DNA of 64,000 nt, taken from a virus. Shown piece after piece: positions 20,499 to 31,341 of the stretch. The notes beneath the pieces are model-generated. The model made no database searches, was not told the origin of the DNA, and saw nothing but the letters and a program-made list of their open reading frames with translations. The position numbers and the translations under genes are program-made. Every line of letters starts with the position of its first letter. Position 1 is the first letter of the stretch. The stretch covers positions 13,060 through 77,059 of IMG/VR virus record IMGVR_UViG_3300017992_000021; one strand, written 5' to 3'.

Positions 20499-21859
20499 CA
20501 GTCAGTCCCTTCGCTTTCGATGATGTCCCCGTTGGCGTCGATCGTGGTCTGAAGCGTCAGCTTGTTAAACTGGTTGGTCTCATCATCAAGATCATCCAGA
20601 TCCAATGATAGATCCGTAATGCCGGGGTTGTACATGGACACTTCGTGCGTGGACGGCTGACCCGTCAACTGCGCAGTCAAACGATATCGGGCGTTATGTC
20701 CTGCCAACGACATAGCCTTCTCAAGCGTGGCTAGGTCGATCTGATCTGATGTGCTATCGAAGACGTCGATATTGGCCTTGGCCTTGTAGACTAGCACAAA
20801 GTCCAGAGAGTTCTGCGGCACGGCACCAACAATGCGGTGGACGTCTAAGATGTAGAACTCATCCTCGTTCGGGAACGTTGTGCTGTTGACGATCAACGTA
20901 GGCACGTTGTTGTTATCGATGAAATTCGGATTGCCATCGATAGTGAGCGCAAGGTCGTGCGTAATGTTCCACTCGGCATCCGCTGCCGGGAACGTGAATT
21001 TACGCCACGTGCCGCTAGCTACGGCTAACAACTCGTCTGCTGCGACATCGTATGCCAGTCCTGTTTCAGCAACGGCGGTCGTACCGACGAGCGTTGCAGT
21101 GCCCACGGAAAGACTAATCTCGTAGATCCTCGGACCACCATCAGTTCCAACACCGAATAGTATTCGCCTCCGTGTGTCAAAGGCAAGACCCGCCATCGCG
21201 ATAGAACCACCGAAGCCTCCTACCAGCGCCGCAGCGCCCGTTGCTTTATCAATCGTGTAAAGATTCGTCGCCGTACAACCGTACAGGATATTCGTCAGAG
21301 GGTCTTGAGCAAGACCAACAACAGTGCCGGGAATGCCTGTCGCACCAACCGTTGTGGTAGCACCCGGAGGGCCGCCACCTAGTACCGACGCTGGGAACGT
21401 GACGAGATCCTGCGAGCTATCCTCCACGGAGTAGAACAACGCTGCGGACTCGTCGTACTCAAGCCCGTTCATACCTTTGTCCATGGTGATCTGCAAGATC
21501 GTCGCACCAGATGCTTTGTTGATCTCATGGAACTCGCTCGCGATCGCACTGCCGTCCATACCGTACAACTTATCGTTCGTTGAGTCGTAAGCAGCGTCTT
21601 CGGGCGCACCGGGACCACCGGCACCACCAATTAGCGTCTCCGGCAAATTGGGGTTACCGAGCACAGCCACCTGCGGCATCGTGAACGTGCCGGGAGTACC
21701 TGCGGGCGTAGCACCCGGATCAAGACGTGCGATACCTACACCATACAGCGCGGGCGGCGCTGGTATGAAATCTGACGCCTGAAATGGCGAGAAAATCCGA
21801 ATCGCGTCCTGATCTCTCACAGGGATGATCTGAAGGGTTGGCAATGCGTTCCAAGGCAT
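20498..21859 (-). CDS. tail protein with beta-propeller insertion
   Basis: Repeats DAAYD/GLEYD/GLAQD/GLAFD/GLAYD...LY; C-terminus resembles 21871-22446. Confidence 0.65.
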   Translation of the reverse strand: MPWNALPTLQIIPVRDQDAIRIFSPFQASDFIPAPPALYGVGIARLDPGATPAGTPGTFTMPQVAVLGNPNLPETLIGGAGGPGAPEDAAYDSTNDKLYGMDGSAIASEFHEINKASGATILQITMDKGMNGLEYDESAALFYSVEDSSQDLVTFPASVLGGGPPGATTTVGATGIPGTVVGLAQDPLTNILYGCTATNLYTIDKATGAAALVGGFGGSIAMAGLAFDTRRRILFGVGTDGGPRIYEISLSVGTATLVGTTAVAETGLAYDVAADELLAVASGTWRKFTFPAADAEWNITHDLALTIDGNPNFIDNNNVPTLIVNSTTFPNEDEFYILDVHRIVGAVPQNSLDFVLVYKAKANIDVFDSTSDQIDLATLEKAMSLAGHNARYRLTAQLTGQPSTHEVSMYNPGITDLSLDLDDLDDETNQFNKLTLQTTIDANGDIIESEGTD

Positions 21860-21870
21860 AACAACGTCCT

Positions 21871-22446
21871 TTACTGGTCGCGGGCACTTACCTCACCGAT
21901 TACCCGGTGAGTTTCATCCACAAATTTCTTCTGCGTGTACTGGTACTGCAGTACAGCCGTGGGGTCCGAGGGATCTTTATCGTAAATCGAGATGACCGTC
22001 GTAGTCGGAATCCCCTTATCGATAGCGGTGTGCTCTATCTTCGCATACAACCCTAGAAGACCGGCGATGCGTTCGATGTACTCATTGATCGTTGCCGTGT
22101 TAGCCGGGCCGACCGTGCCGAAGTTGTTGGAGAACACTGAGAAGTGCCATTCATCCTTGAGCAACATCGTAGAGTCGAAGGTACGAACGCGGTAAATTTC
22201 GCCAGTCGAATAAAGCGACGAAGCAAGGTTTACCTTGATGAAGTTTCCCTCGGCGGGCCAATTGATTGTACCGGTCGCTTTCACCGTGAGTGTAGAAACC
22301 TCGACGATCTCATAATCCCACGTAGTTGCACCACCCGCACCGAACGTCGGGTCTGGTAGGAAAATCATGACGTCAGTACCAATCTGGTACTTCTGGAGAG
22401 TCGTCGTCTCCATGCTTCCGCCGTAACTCCGTGCTCCAGAAGGCAT
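21871..22446 (-). CDS. putative minor tail protein
   Basis: Immediately after the TMP; RBS AGGAG. Confidence 0.6.
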   Translation of the reverse strand: MPSGARSYGGSMETTTLQKYQIGTDVMIFLPDPTFGAGGATTWDYEIVEVSTLTVKATGTINWPAEGNFIKVNLASSLYSTGEIYRVRTFDSTMLLKDEWHFSVFSNNFGTVGPANTATINEYIERIAGLLGLYAKIEHTAIDKGIPTTTVISIYDKDPSDPTAVLQYQYTQKKFVDETHRVIGEVSARDQ

Positions 22447-22455
22447 AATTTACTC

Positions 22456-25400
22456 CTACGGGATAGCTGTTGCGGGGGCGTTCCCCAATCCTGCTCCTGC
22501 CGCCAGCGGCCTGCCTTGGCGCATGAGATCGATTATTACATCGAGCCTCAGTTCAATGCCTCGGTTAGACGCCCGGAAAGCCTCTTCGACTTCCTTAATG
22601 GCTACAGTCGTCGTGCCTGAAATAACACCGCGTATCGCTTCGGTAGATTCTACTGCGCTCTCCACCGTATCTTGCACTACGGTAGCGTTTTCTTGTAGTT
22701 TTGACAACACGGCGCTGCCGATAAGTAGCGCGCCCTGCACCGCTAGTGCTGAAGTGGTACCGAGAACCTTGCTCAGCGCACTGGTAAGATTCTCCTGCAG
22801 GCCCTTAACAAAACTGGTTGTGACGTCGCCGAGGACCTGATCAAATATCCGCTTAGCGAACTGCGCCGTCACGAATATCCAGTCTTGGATATCACGGCCT
22901 TGCTTGCGGGCCTCTTCGCGTGCCGTGCGTATCGACTCCTTCAATGAACCGTCAATAGCACCGCTGAATATCTCGCCGACAGAACTTGCGACCGGCGCGG
23001 AAATCTTCTCGTCAACGAATGGCCGTACGAGGATCTCGATTTCGCGGTCCTTTAATGCTTCCTTGACACGCTCTACAAGCCCCTCGATGTTGTCGAGATC
23101 AACACCAAAGTCGACATCGACGCCCTCTTCCTTGAGAGCCTTCTTGAGTTCGTCCGCTGATAGGGCGGCATCGTTGAGGATCTTCCTGATCGACAAAACC
23201 TCATTACGGAAGTCCCGCGCGCCACTGACATCGAAATCCGTTGTCGGTTCTACGGCGCCTCGCGCTCGGGCGCGTTCACGCTTTGATTCTTCACGAGTGA
23301 TTTCCCGCTCAGCGGCTGCTCGTGCCTGCGCGACGATCTTCAGTGTGTTTACACGATCAAGGATGTTCTCCCGCGTTTGCAATTGGCGATCGAGTAAGCC
23401 AACCGTCTCGCCAGCAATGCGCAGTGATTCTGCATCGCCTTCGCCAATCGTAGCTTCGATTCGCTGCTTGAATTCAGCAAACCGCGCCGCGATCTCGCCG
23501 CGAGACATGGCGGATTCGAGCGCCTCCGCACCGAGATCGCTTAGTCCCTCGGACATGAGATTGCGGATCTCTTCGGCCTTCTTGATTACCGGTTGCGTAA
23601 CATCGAGATTTTCCAGCCAAGTGAACAACACTTCTGGCAGCGGGTTTTCCAACTTCAGATGCTCGGCAGCGCGCGGCGCCAACGTCTGAAGCGCGTCATT
23701 AAACGCATCGGTAGCCATCTGTGCTTGTTCAGCAAACTTCTTCGCCGACTCTGCGTCGCCAACAAACAGAGCGTTGCGAGCGTTTTTCAGAGACTCCGCT
23801 CGGTCTTGTAGCGCCTTGTCGATATCAAACGCCGCCTTCTGTGCGGACGCGCTGGCGAGATTAGTCTTTTCCGCTTCAGCCGCTTGGAATATCAGGTCGA
23901 TGCGTGTCTTGAGCAGGCCCGCCTCTTCTTGCTCGCGCTTAACGATCTGCGTTAGAACTTGCAGGCGTTCTTTCTCGATATCGTGCATCACTCGGCCAAG
24001 ACGGTCGATCTTACCGGTAATGTCGACGATGCCTTGATTGAATTCAAGCTGCTGCGTTTGAACCGCGATAAACGCCGGAATGAGGTTTTCCAGCTTTACG
24101 CGCATCTCGATGAATTCACGTACAACCTCGTGAGCAGCCTCACGTACCTCTTCAGTGCTGGCACCAAGATTGGCCATCTCCTGCTCACGTCGTATGACCT
24201 GCTCAGCGATTACGTTTTCGATATTCGTGAACAGGTCAGCAAAAGCCGGTGAAGCATCTTCTGCGGCGCGCAAGCCATTGATTAGCGATTGACCGATGTC
24301 TTGTCCGAGCCGATCCGCTACGACTGCCATTTCACCGATGATACCTTGTACCGCCTCGGCTTGTCCCGCCGCGATATCTCCCGGTTTAATGAAACCGAGT
24401 GCTACAGCGTTTCGCAACGCCTGTTGAAGTTCAACCGCACTTGCAGTTGCGGAGTCTAGTTCCCGCAGACTAGTCGCTCTAGCGGCCAGCAGCCCCTTTT
24501 CGATAACCTTCTGTTGACTGGATAGCAGGACGTTACGGTCGATAAGATCGTTCTGTTTCTCTAATTGCGCCGTGATGCGCTCATTTGAAATGAACAAATC
24601 ATCGAACTGTCGACGTAACAGTTCTGCATCCCCACCCATCGATTCAAGGGCTCGCTCAACATCACCCCGAGCTACTAACTGGTCAACAAAATCACCGAAA
24701 TTGTCGGTCAGACCATCGAGCATTCCGTTGGTTTTATCAATAGCATTTGAAGCATTAGAGAGGAACTGCTCAAAACTTACGGTTTCAAAACCGAGATCCT
24801 TGCCTATGTCGATCTTGTCGGGAGTACCTACAAGTTCTTCTGCCGCATCTACAAACGGGATGACGTCGACTTTATCAATTACGAACTTGATCAATTCCAC
24901 AAAACCCGTCTGCACCGTGTTCAGTATCCAGTTAATGACGCCGATGCCGACGCCACGGATCTGACTCCACGCAAATGTAGCAAACTCCTTTACCGCCGCA
25001 CCAGCTACGGCCAGCAGCCGGATTTTGAATAGTATTACCTCTAGCAACAGCTTGGGTATCGCCGCCTTTAACTTGGAAGGCATCGCTTCAATCGCAAGTT
25101 CTATAGTCAGAAGCAGCAGCTTGAAGCCCGACCGGATTAATGCGAATAACGCCTGTGTCAAGAACGTCATCAATCCTGTAGCGACGGCAGACACATCCTG
25201 TATAAAGTTACTGACACCATTGGTTGCTTCGAACCAACGCATGCGGATGAACCTGACAATCTCAGCAATGGTGCCGAACACAACGCGGGCTATAAACCTC
25301 ACCCAAACTATGATTTTCCCGATAAGGTCGTTGCCGTCGCTGTCGATTTCCTTGAACAAGTTTTCTAGGAACGGCGCTAGCTCCTCAAAAATGACAAGCT

Positions 25401-28400
25401 TGATGCGCTCGAACACCTGCTCAATCTGGACGGTTATCTTTTGGAACAGTTTCGCGTTCTCAACAGCTTCATCGCCAATCGGTGGAATCTTCGCCGCCGA
25501 TCGAAGGGCAGAATTGATGTCGGTAGTGGCGTCAAGGATAACGCCCTTGAGATCGCCAAACTGTGCGCCTATCAGTTGCAGCACCCGTTGCTGTTCAGTC
25601 GCCGTAAACACGCCCGCACGTAGTGCCTCTACGATGCGGAAGAATATCTCATCGGGACTGAGTTCCTGCAATCGGTCGAAGGTGACCCCCATCTTGGAGA
25701 AGATTAGCGACAGGTCGCCGACACCACCCTCTTCAATCATGCGGTCAACACTCGACCGTAGCTGTATGAACGCCTGCTGCGTTTGTGATGCTTGAACCCC
25801 GAGCATTTCAAACGCGCGGGTGATCCGATCAAAATCCGCAAGGTCGACTTCAGCCGTAACCGCTTGACGCTTGAGTTCCGTGATGCGGGCGGCGGCGTCC
25901 TTAACGAAGTTGAATATCGATGTCGTCGCCGACCGTATAAGAGAAATAGCGCCAGTAATGACCCCCGCTACAGCCTTGGACACAGCAGCCGCTATCTTGA
26001 GGGGGATCGTGACTACTTTTGCTGTGAATTTACCTAGCAGTTTCAGTAGCGCGTTCAGTGCACCGCCGATACGAGGCCCGAGTACTAATGAGAACGCCCC
26101 GGCGATCTTGAAGGGCACCTGTACCAGCGACTCGCCTTGCTTAGCGACCGCTGTAAAAGTACCGGCAACTAGATTGCCGAATCCTTTAACCGTACCTTCC
26201 AGCACCTTGAAGCTGTCTTGCCAGACATCGGTAACTCCGCCACGGAAGAAATTCGCCGCGAATTGCCTGAGCGCGCCGACACCGCGCATCATGCTCTCAC
26301 CCATCAGCGGACCCATCTTGGCCATGCTGAGGATTGCTTCACGCAGCGGACCGAACTTGGGCAACGAACTCGGCGTCTGATCCTTGACGCCGGTCTTGAA
26401 AACGTCCGTAACCGCAGCTTGGATATCAGGCTTGCCTGCGCGGATACCCTTAGCCACAAGCTGCATCGTCATCAGACCCTTTTGTACAAAGGTCTGCTGC
26501 TGGGCGCCGATGGTCTGTGAGATCGAGTCCAACACTCCACGCACGGATGCAGCAAAATCAGCACGCAGTTTGACGTCCTTGGTCGGTAAACCTTCCTTTA
26601 GTCGCTGCTGTACAAGCGCGCGAATTTGTTTCGGATCAAGGCCGCTACGGATACCTTCGAGGATGCCTTCTGTAGCGATGCGCTTGGCCTTGGTGCGCAT
26701 TTCAGCGGGCAGCTTGGTGATGTCCTTAATAAGCTGATTTTTGAGCGCACGACCAATATTGTTTAGACCCTCAGTAACCTTGGCGAGTTCCTGTACGGTC
26801 TTAACACTGAATTCCTTGAGCACCTTCTGTGCAAAAACAGGATTTCGGCTCAATTCTCGGAAGAACTTCTTGAGACCTGATTCGAGCGCCTCCAGTTGCT
26901 GCGGCGCACCCCGGCCAATCTTGGCGATCGACAACCGGAATGCTTCAAGGGGCTCGGCGCCCTTCTTAATCTCGTCAGCGAACTTAACAATGGGACTGTT
27001 CCGCAAGTTGCGCGCTGAACCGGATACGTCGCGGAATATTTGGGCAAGCGATTCACGACCTTTACCGGCAGCTACGATAACCGCAAGTAGCTTACGTAAG
27101 TCACCACCCTCGATTCCTGCGGTGGCCTTCGCGGTTGTTTCCGCCACAGCGCCCTTCAGCGAGGCTGCGGTCTTGCGGACCTCGGCGTTATACTCCTTCG
27201 TAGTAAGTACTGAGGCATCAATTACCTGCGCCTGCTCACCGAGAGACTCGATAACCGCCTTCGCATTAACGTCCATCGCGGATGACGTAGCGGGGTCTAC
27301 AATGCGCGCTGCTGAGACCTTACCCGCAGCAGCACCTGCAATATCCTCGCGTACGCGCTGCTGTGTGAATTTCAGATCCGCTTCCAGAGCAGCGATGCTC
27401 GCACCCAACGTACCCATCTTGATAGAGCCATCAGCGAGCGATTTCTTGAACACCTCGGCTTGCTGGTCTGTCAAACCAAGCTCATTCTGTAGTTCCTTGG
27501 TGATCCGCAGTTCGCCTTCTTGGATGGCGTTGAACGCTGACATAATGTTCAACTGCTTTTCGCGCATGGCCGAAGCCTTCTCCTGCGCGACGCGTACATC
27601 CTTAACAGTACGGATAGTGGCGGCTTCTTCAGCGGCGCGATCGATGATTGCTTGAACTTCTGCAGCTTCAGCACCAAGTAGCTTCTTCGTCATCGCCTCG
27701 CGTTGGGCGGTACGAATTACTTCCTGCTGAGTGTTCCTAACGATTACTTCGTTGAGCTTCTCGAATACAGCGTCGGTATCGGTCAGTTCATCAGAAGTGA
27801 TGCCGAACATGTTAAGCAGGTCCTGCATCCGGGAACGCATGGTGCCCATGATGCGGTTATTCGCGCCCATAGCGTTGGCGTTTTCAAGAACCTCGGCAGT
27901 AGCATTTTCAAACTGCTTGGAATTCTCTACGATCTTCCTACCGAGATCACGACGCTCATTGGTGAGATCCGTACGTCCTTCGACGGTGTACTTCTCAGTG
28001 ACATCCGTAATCGATTTTCGCAATGCGTCCGTCACGCCATCGACTTCACCAAGACTATCGCGCAACGTCTCACTACGCCTGTTGAGTTCTTCGTTACGGC
28101 TCGCCAGATCCGAAATGGTCTTCTCGAACAGATCGAGATTCGCATCGGGCGGCAAATGCGCCTTCATACTCTCAAGCGCCTCAATGGTGTCGTCGAACTC
28201 AACAACTAAGCCGCGTATTGAGCCGGGCGTCTTACGTAGCTCGCCTTGAATCTGCTCAATATTACCAGCATCGAATTTCGAGAACTTGATGAGGCCATCA
28301 GCGTACGCCTTTTCGGCGCTGGTCATCAACTTGCGAACCTCTTCTGCCGAATCAAGTGACTGCTTCGCGCCACGCAGTTCCGCAGCTAGCTCAGCGCCAA

Positions 28401-31338
28401 GGATATCGAGTTGATCTTGATTGGCGACTAGTTCGGCTTCCTCTTCACGCGTCAGGGCCGCCTGACCGCCACGCGCCAGCATGGAACGCAGTTGTCCTTG
28501 ACGGATATTCAACTGCGTAATCTGCTCATTGAGTTCGTCGATCCGCGTTACCGCAGTTCCGAGGCGATCCTTGTATGCCTTAACCGCACCTTGAAGTTCC
28601 ATCAGGAACTCAGTATTGCCGCCCAGCGCCAGATTGAAATCCGTCGTTGTCGCCGAGATGATGTTGGCGACCTTTTCCAGACCCATCGCTTTATCGGTGG
28701 CGGCATTAAGTGCGCGCTCCTCTTGCTGCAGTTGCTGGAACAACCGTACGTTGAGTTTCTCTGCCACCTCCGCACGTTCTGACAGGCTTTGCTGTACCGA
28801 CTGGAGTTGCTTGCGCTGCTGGAGTTCCTGCTGCAGACGTATTTCTCGTGCCTCAGGAGATTCTTCGCCACGCGCTCCTCGACCGGAGAGGAATCCGAAT
28901 ACGCCGCCGAGACCACCGAGCGCCTTGCTCAACAGTCCGCTGATGGCACCGGCGCCTTTCGTAAGCACTTTGGTGAGTGCCGCTAACGGGCCTTCGGCGA
29001 ACATGAACTTGAAAGCGTCGCTCTCTTTAACCTTACCGCCGATGACGCGTAAGCCGTCCACCATCGCCTTGGCGCCACGCGTTACAAATTCTGCAGCAGT
29101 AAATGCGCCGGTGAACGATTGCCCGACAAGAGAACCGAGACCCTTTACAGTGGTACGCAGGAGGGCGACCGTAGCCCGGCGACTAAACGGTGCGACAAGA
29201 ACCGTACCCAGTGCGGCGAGACCAGTTTTAAATGCCGTCACGAAAAGATTAGATCCGCGCTTGGCGGTCTTTTCTATGGCGGCTTGGAACTTCTCATCAC
29301 CTAAAGAAACGACTCTCAGTATGGTCTCGATAATCGGGGCTGCCGCGCGTTCACCGCGAACGACCGTCTTGACTAGGAACTGACCGAGTTCTTTCAGGGA
29401 ATCCGATATGCCGGTTTTCACCTTATCGAAAATGAACTTGGTGAAGCCTCCAGTGCGTGCAAACAGCCCGCCGATTGTCAGGCTGGCTTTGTTAATCTCT
29501 TCGCGTGCCACAGTAATTGCTGCAGCAGTGAGGTTCTTCACGCCGCGTATCGCCGTCGGTACGAGAACGGCACCGATACCTGCGGCGAGCACCGTATTGC
29601 CTTGCGTGATCAGAGCCCCGATAAATCCCACCGGGTCGGCGGAAGTAATCGCGGTAAACGCAGCCGACATAATATTCGAAACACGCGTAGCGATGCCGCC
29701 CGGCGTAACATCACCGAACAAAGCAGAAAGTTGCGGACCTACGAGGTTCGTGATTCCCCGGAAGAAATTACTGACTAAGCTGAACACCACACCGAAGGTG
29801 CTCTCCACGAGACTGATGGCCCCCGCTTTATCAGATGGTCGCCCTAAAAGCGCCACACCGAGGAGACCGCCAATGCCGGGGAGAGCGACAGTGGCCAGCA
29901 TGCCGGATGCAATCTTGGCTGCCTTAATAAGAGAAGACCCCAGCCTGCGTCCGGTTTCAGCAGTTCTGGGGCCAGCCATTTCGTCGAGATTGGTCTTGGA
30001 TGCTTCTTCGCGCGCCATACGCAGCGCCTTAGCAGTCCGCTCGACTACAGCAGCCGGTCCCGCGCGATCTCCCCCACCAGCGGAGACCTTACTGAAGAGA
30101 CCTGCGAACTTCGCTGTTAAGTCATCGAGAGATCGGCTCATTCGAGCGAATCCATCGTCGAGACGTTTGAACAGCATGCGGAAGTTCGCGTCAAGGTTCT
30201 TGATTGTTTTGACCACCTCCTTGAAGTCAGTAATTAGATCCTTGACGCGTTTGTTAAAGCCGCCCTTCGCGAACTGGTTGATCATCTTCGCGATAGGCTT
30301 GGCATTCTTTGCAACGGCTTCGAAAATAGGGAACATCTGGCGCAGCGCGCGCAGGAATAGCGTTGTTGCCGCACGACCATCGCCGAGACTGGCTCGCAAA
30401 CCTAGCAGGAACCGACTTACCTTCGCAGATAAGAACCGCACTCCGGCTATAGCTGTGGTTGCGAGACCAACTATCGGAACGAGCGCACCACTCAATCCTG
30501 CCAGACCTGTCTGGATAGCAATGATCGTAGTAGATATGGTAGTCAGCGCCGACGTGATGAAGAATAGCCGTTCCACAGCAATTCTCGTCTTCGCCAGCAG
30601 ACCAACTAGACCATCATTCAACGCGGCTACCAACTGGGTGAACCGCGCCAGTGAACCCTCAGGTTTCTTCGACAAGAAACCCAAAAACAGTGAGGTGAAT
30701 GCACGTAGCGTACCTAGCAGAATACCCGTCGCTGAAGCTAACCCTAACGCACTTTGTGCGCCTTCAGCCAGCAAGTGCAGCAGCTTAGGAACATTCAGCG
30801 TGAACAGCACCCCCATGAATTCCTTCATGCGTGATAACAGTAAATTGGAACCGTCATCTGCCACCTTGAAAATAGAAGGCAACAGTGCGCGGATATCAAA
30901 CCCGCTCATGACCAATTTCTGTATCAGCACAGAAAGTCCCAATAGCTGGCCGAGCAACAACGGGCTGATGCGTTTTGTGGAGTCAGCCAGTTTAGAGAAG
31001 AAATTGGTAACCCCATCAGTAGCGGTTTGCTGGAGATCATCCACGCTTTTACCAATGGTGTTCTTCATCTGACGTGCGGTATTTCCTAACCGCCCGTCCA
31101 TCATGTCGAAAACGCGCGTAACGACCTGACCGAACTTTTCTGCGAGATCCGCCAATTTGGTGGCGCTGGCTTCAATCTTGTCGAGTTTCGATAGCGCGGC
31201 GTCATCAATCTGGACCTTGATGGTCGTCTTACCGGTGGTGACTTTGTTCAGCTTCTTCTGTAAATCGTCGATCCCCTTGAACACCTTGTCCAAGTTGGAT
31301 ACGAAATTGACAGCAACTTCGCCGATATTCAGAGGCAT
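22456..31338 (-). CDS. tail tape measure protein (2960 aa)
   Basis: Very long Ala/Leu/Gly-rich helical protein with N-terminal IGEVAVNF motif, hydrophobic stretches and coiled coils; follows the tail tube and chaperones. Confidence 0.92.
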   Translation of the reverse strand: MPLNIGEVAVNFVSNLDKVFKGIDDLQKKLNKVTTGKTTIKVQIDDAALSKLDKIEASATKLADLAEKFGQVVTRVFDMMDGRLGNTARQMKNTIGKSVDDLQQTATDGVTNFFSKLADSTKRISPLLLGQLLGLSVLIQKLVMSGFDIRALLPSIFKVADDGSNLLLSRMKEFMGVLFTLNVPKLLHLLAEGAQSALGLASATGILLGTLRAFTSLFLGFLSKKPEGSLARFTQLVAALNDGLVGLLAKTRIAVERLFFITSALTTISTTIIAIQTGLAGLSGALVPIVGLATTAIAGVRFLSAKVSRFLLGLRASLGDGRAATTLFLRALRQMFPIFEAVAKNAKPIAKMINQFAKGGFNKRVKDLITDFKEVVKTIKNLDANFRMLFKRLDDGFARMSRSLDDLTAKFAGLFSKVSAGGGDRAGPAAVVERTAKALRMAREEASKTNLDEMAGPRTAETGRRLGSSLIKAAKIASGMLATVALPGIGGLLGVALLGRPSDKAGAISLVESTFGVVFSLVSNFFRGITNLVGPQLSALFGDVTPGGIATRVSNIMSAAFTAITSADPVGFIGALITQGNTVLAAGIGAVLVPTAIRGVKNLTAAAITVAREEINKASLTIGGLFARTGGFTKFIFDKVKTGISDSLKELGQFLVKTVVRGERAAAPIIETILRVVSLGDEKFQAAIEKTAKRGSNLFVTAFKTGLAALGTVLVAPFSRRATVALLRTTVKGLGSLVGQSFTGAFTAAEFVTRGAKAMVDGLRVIGGKVKESDAFKFMFAEGPLAALTKVLTKGAGAISGLLSKALGGLGGVFGFLSGRGARGEESPEAREIRLQQELQQRKQLQSVQQSLSERAEVAEKLNVRLFQQLQQEERALNAATDKAMGLEKVANIISATTTDFNLALGGNTEFLMELQGAVKAYKDRLGTAVTRIDELNEQITQLNIRQGQLRSMLARGGQAALTREEEAELVANQDQLDILGAELAAELRGAKQSLDSAEEVRKLMTSAEKAYADGLIKFSKFDAGNIEQIQGELRKTPGSIRGLVVEFDDTIEALESMKAHLPPDANLDLFEKTISDLASRNEELNRRSETLRDSLGEVDGVTDALRKSITDVTEKYTVEGRTDLTNERRDLGRKIVENSKQFENATAEVLENANAMGANNRIMGTMRSRMQDLLNMFGITSDELTDTDAVFEKLNEVIVRNTQQEVIRTAQREAMTKKLLGAEAAEVQAIIDRAAEEAATIRTVKDVRVAQEKASAMREKQLNIMSAFNAIQEGELRITKELQNELGLTDQQAEVFKKSLADGSIKMGTLGASIAALEADLKFTQQRVREDIAGAAAGKVSAARIVDPATSSAMDVNAKAVIESLGEQAQVIDASVLTTKEYNAEVRKTAASLKGAVAETTAKATAGIEGGDLRKLLAVIVAAGKGRESLAQIFRDVSGSARNLRNSPIVKFADEIKKGAEPLEAFRLSIAKIGRGAPQQLEALESGLKKFFRELSRNPVFAQKVLKEFSVKTVQELAKVTEGLNNIGRALKNQLIKDITKLPAEMRTKAKRIATEGILEGIRSGLDPKQIRALVQQRLKEGLPTKDVKLRADFAASVRGVLDSISQTIGAQQQTFVQKGLMTMQLVAKGIRAGKPDIQAAVTDVFKTGVKDQTPSSLPKFGPLREAILSMAKMGPLMGESMMRGVGALRQFAANFFRGGVTDVWQDSFKVLEGTVKGFGNLVAGTFTAVAKQGESLVQVPFKIAGAFSLVLGPRIGGALNALLKLLGKFTAKVVTIPLKIAAAVSKAVAGVITGAISLIRSATTSIFNFVKDAAARITELKRQAVTAEVDLADFDRITRAFEMLGVQASQTQQAFIQLRSSVDRMIEEGGVGDLSLIFSKMGVTFDRLQELSPDEIFFRIVEALRAGVFTATEQQRVLQLIGAQFGDLKGVILDATTDINSALRSAAKIPPIGDEAVENAKLFQKITVQIEQVFERIKLVIFEELAPFLENLFKEIDSDGNDLIGKIIVWVRFIARVVFGTIAEIVRFIRMRWFEATNGVSNFIQDVSAVATGLMTFLTQALFALIRSGFKLLLLTIELAIEAMPSKLKAAIPKLLLEVILFKIRLLAVAGAAVKEFATFAWSQIRGVGIGVINWILNTVQTGFVELIKFVIDKVDVIPFVDAAEELVGTPDKIDIGKDLGFETVSFEQFLSNASNAIDKTNGMLDGLTDNFGDFVDQLVARGDVERALESMGGDAELLRRQFDDLFISNERITAQLEKQNDLIDRNVLLSSQQKVIEKGLLAARATSLRELDSATASAVELQQALRNAVALGFIKPGDIAAGQAEAVQGIIGEMAVVADRLGQDIGQSLINGLRAAEDASPAFADLFTNIENVIAEQVIRREQEMANLGASTEEVREAAHEVVREFIEMRVKLENLIPAFIAVQTQQLEFNQGIVDITGKIDRLGRVMHDIEKERLQVLTQIVKREQEEAGLLKTRIDLIFQAAEAEKTNLASASAQKAAFDIDKALQDRAESLKNARNALFVGDAESAKKFAEQAQMATDAFNDALQTLAPRAAEHLKLENPLPEVLFTWLENLDVTQPVIKKAEEIRNLMSEGLSDLGAEALESAMSRGEIAARFAEFKQRIEATIGEGDAESLRIAGETVGLLDRQLQTRENILDRVNTLKIVAQARAAAEREITREESKRERARARGAVEPTTDFDVSGARDFRNEVLSIRKILNDAALSADELKKALKEEGVDVDFGVDLDNIEGLVERVKEALKDREIEILVRPFVDEKISAPVASSVGEIFSGAIDGSLKESIRTAREEARKQGRDIQDWIFVTAQFAKRIFDQVLGDVTTSFVKGLQENLTSALSKVLGTTSALAVQGALLIGSAVLSKLQENATVVQDTVESAVESTEAIRGVISGTTTVAIKEVEEAFRASNRGIELRLDVIIDLMRQGRPLAAGAGLGNAPATAIP

Positions 31339-31341
31339 GAA

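Noticed and set aside
22523-31072. Long + strand ORFs (e.g. 29408-31072, 554 aa; 26741-27655) opposite the TMP
   Set aside because: Antisense shadows of a long GC-biased gene; Ser/Arg/Pro-rich, with no RBS or motifs.
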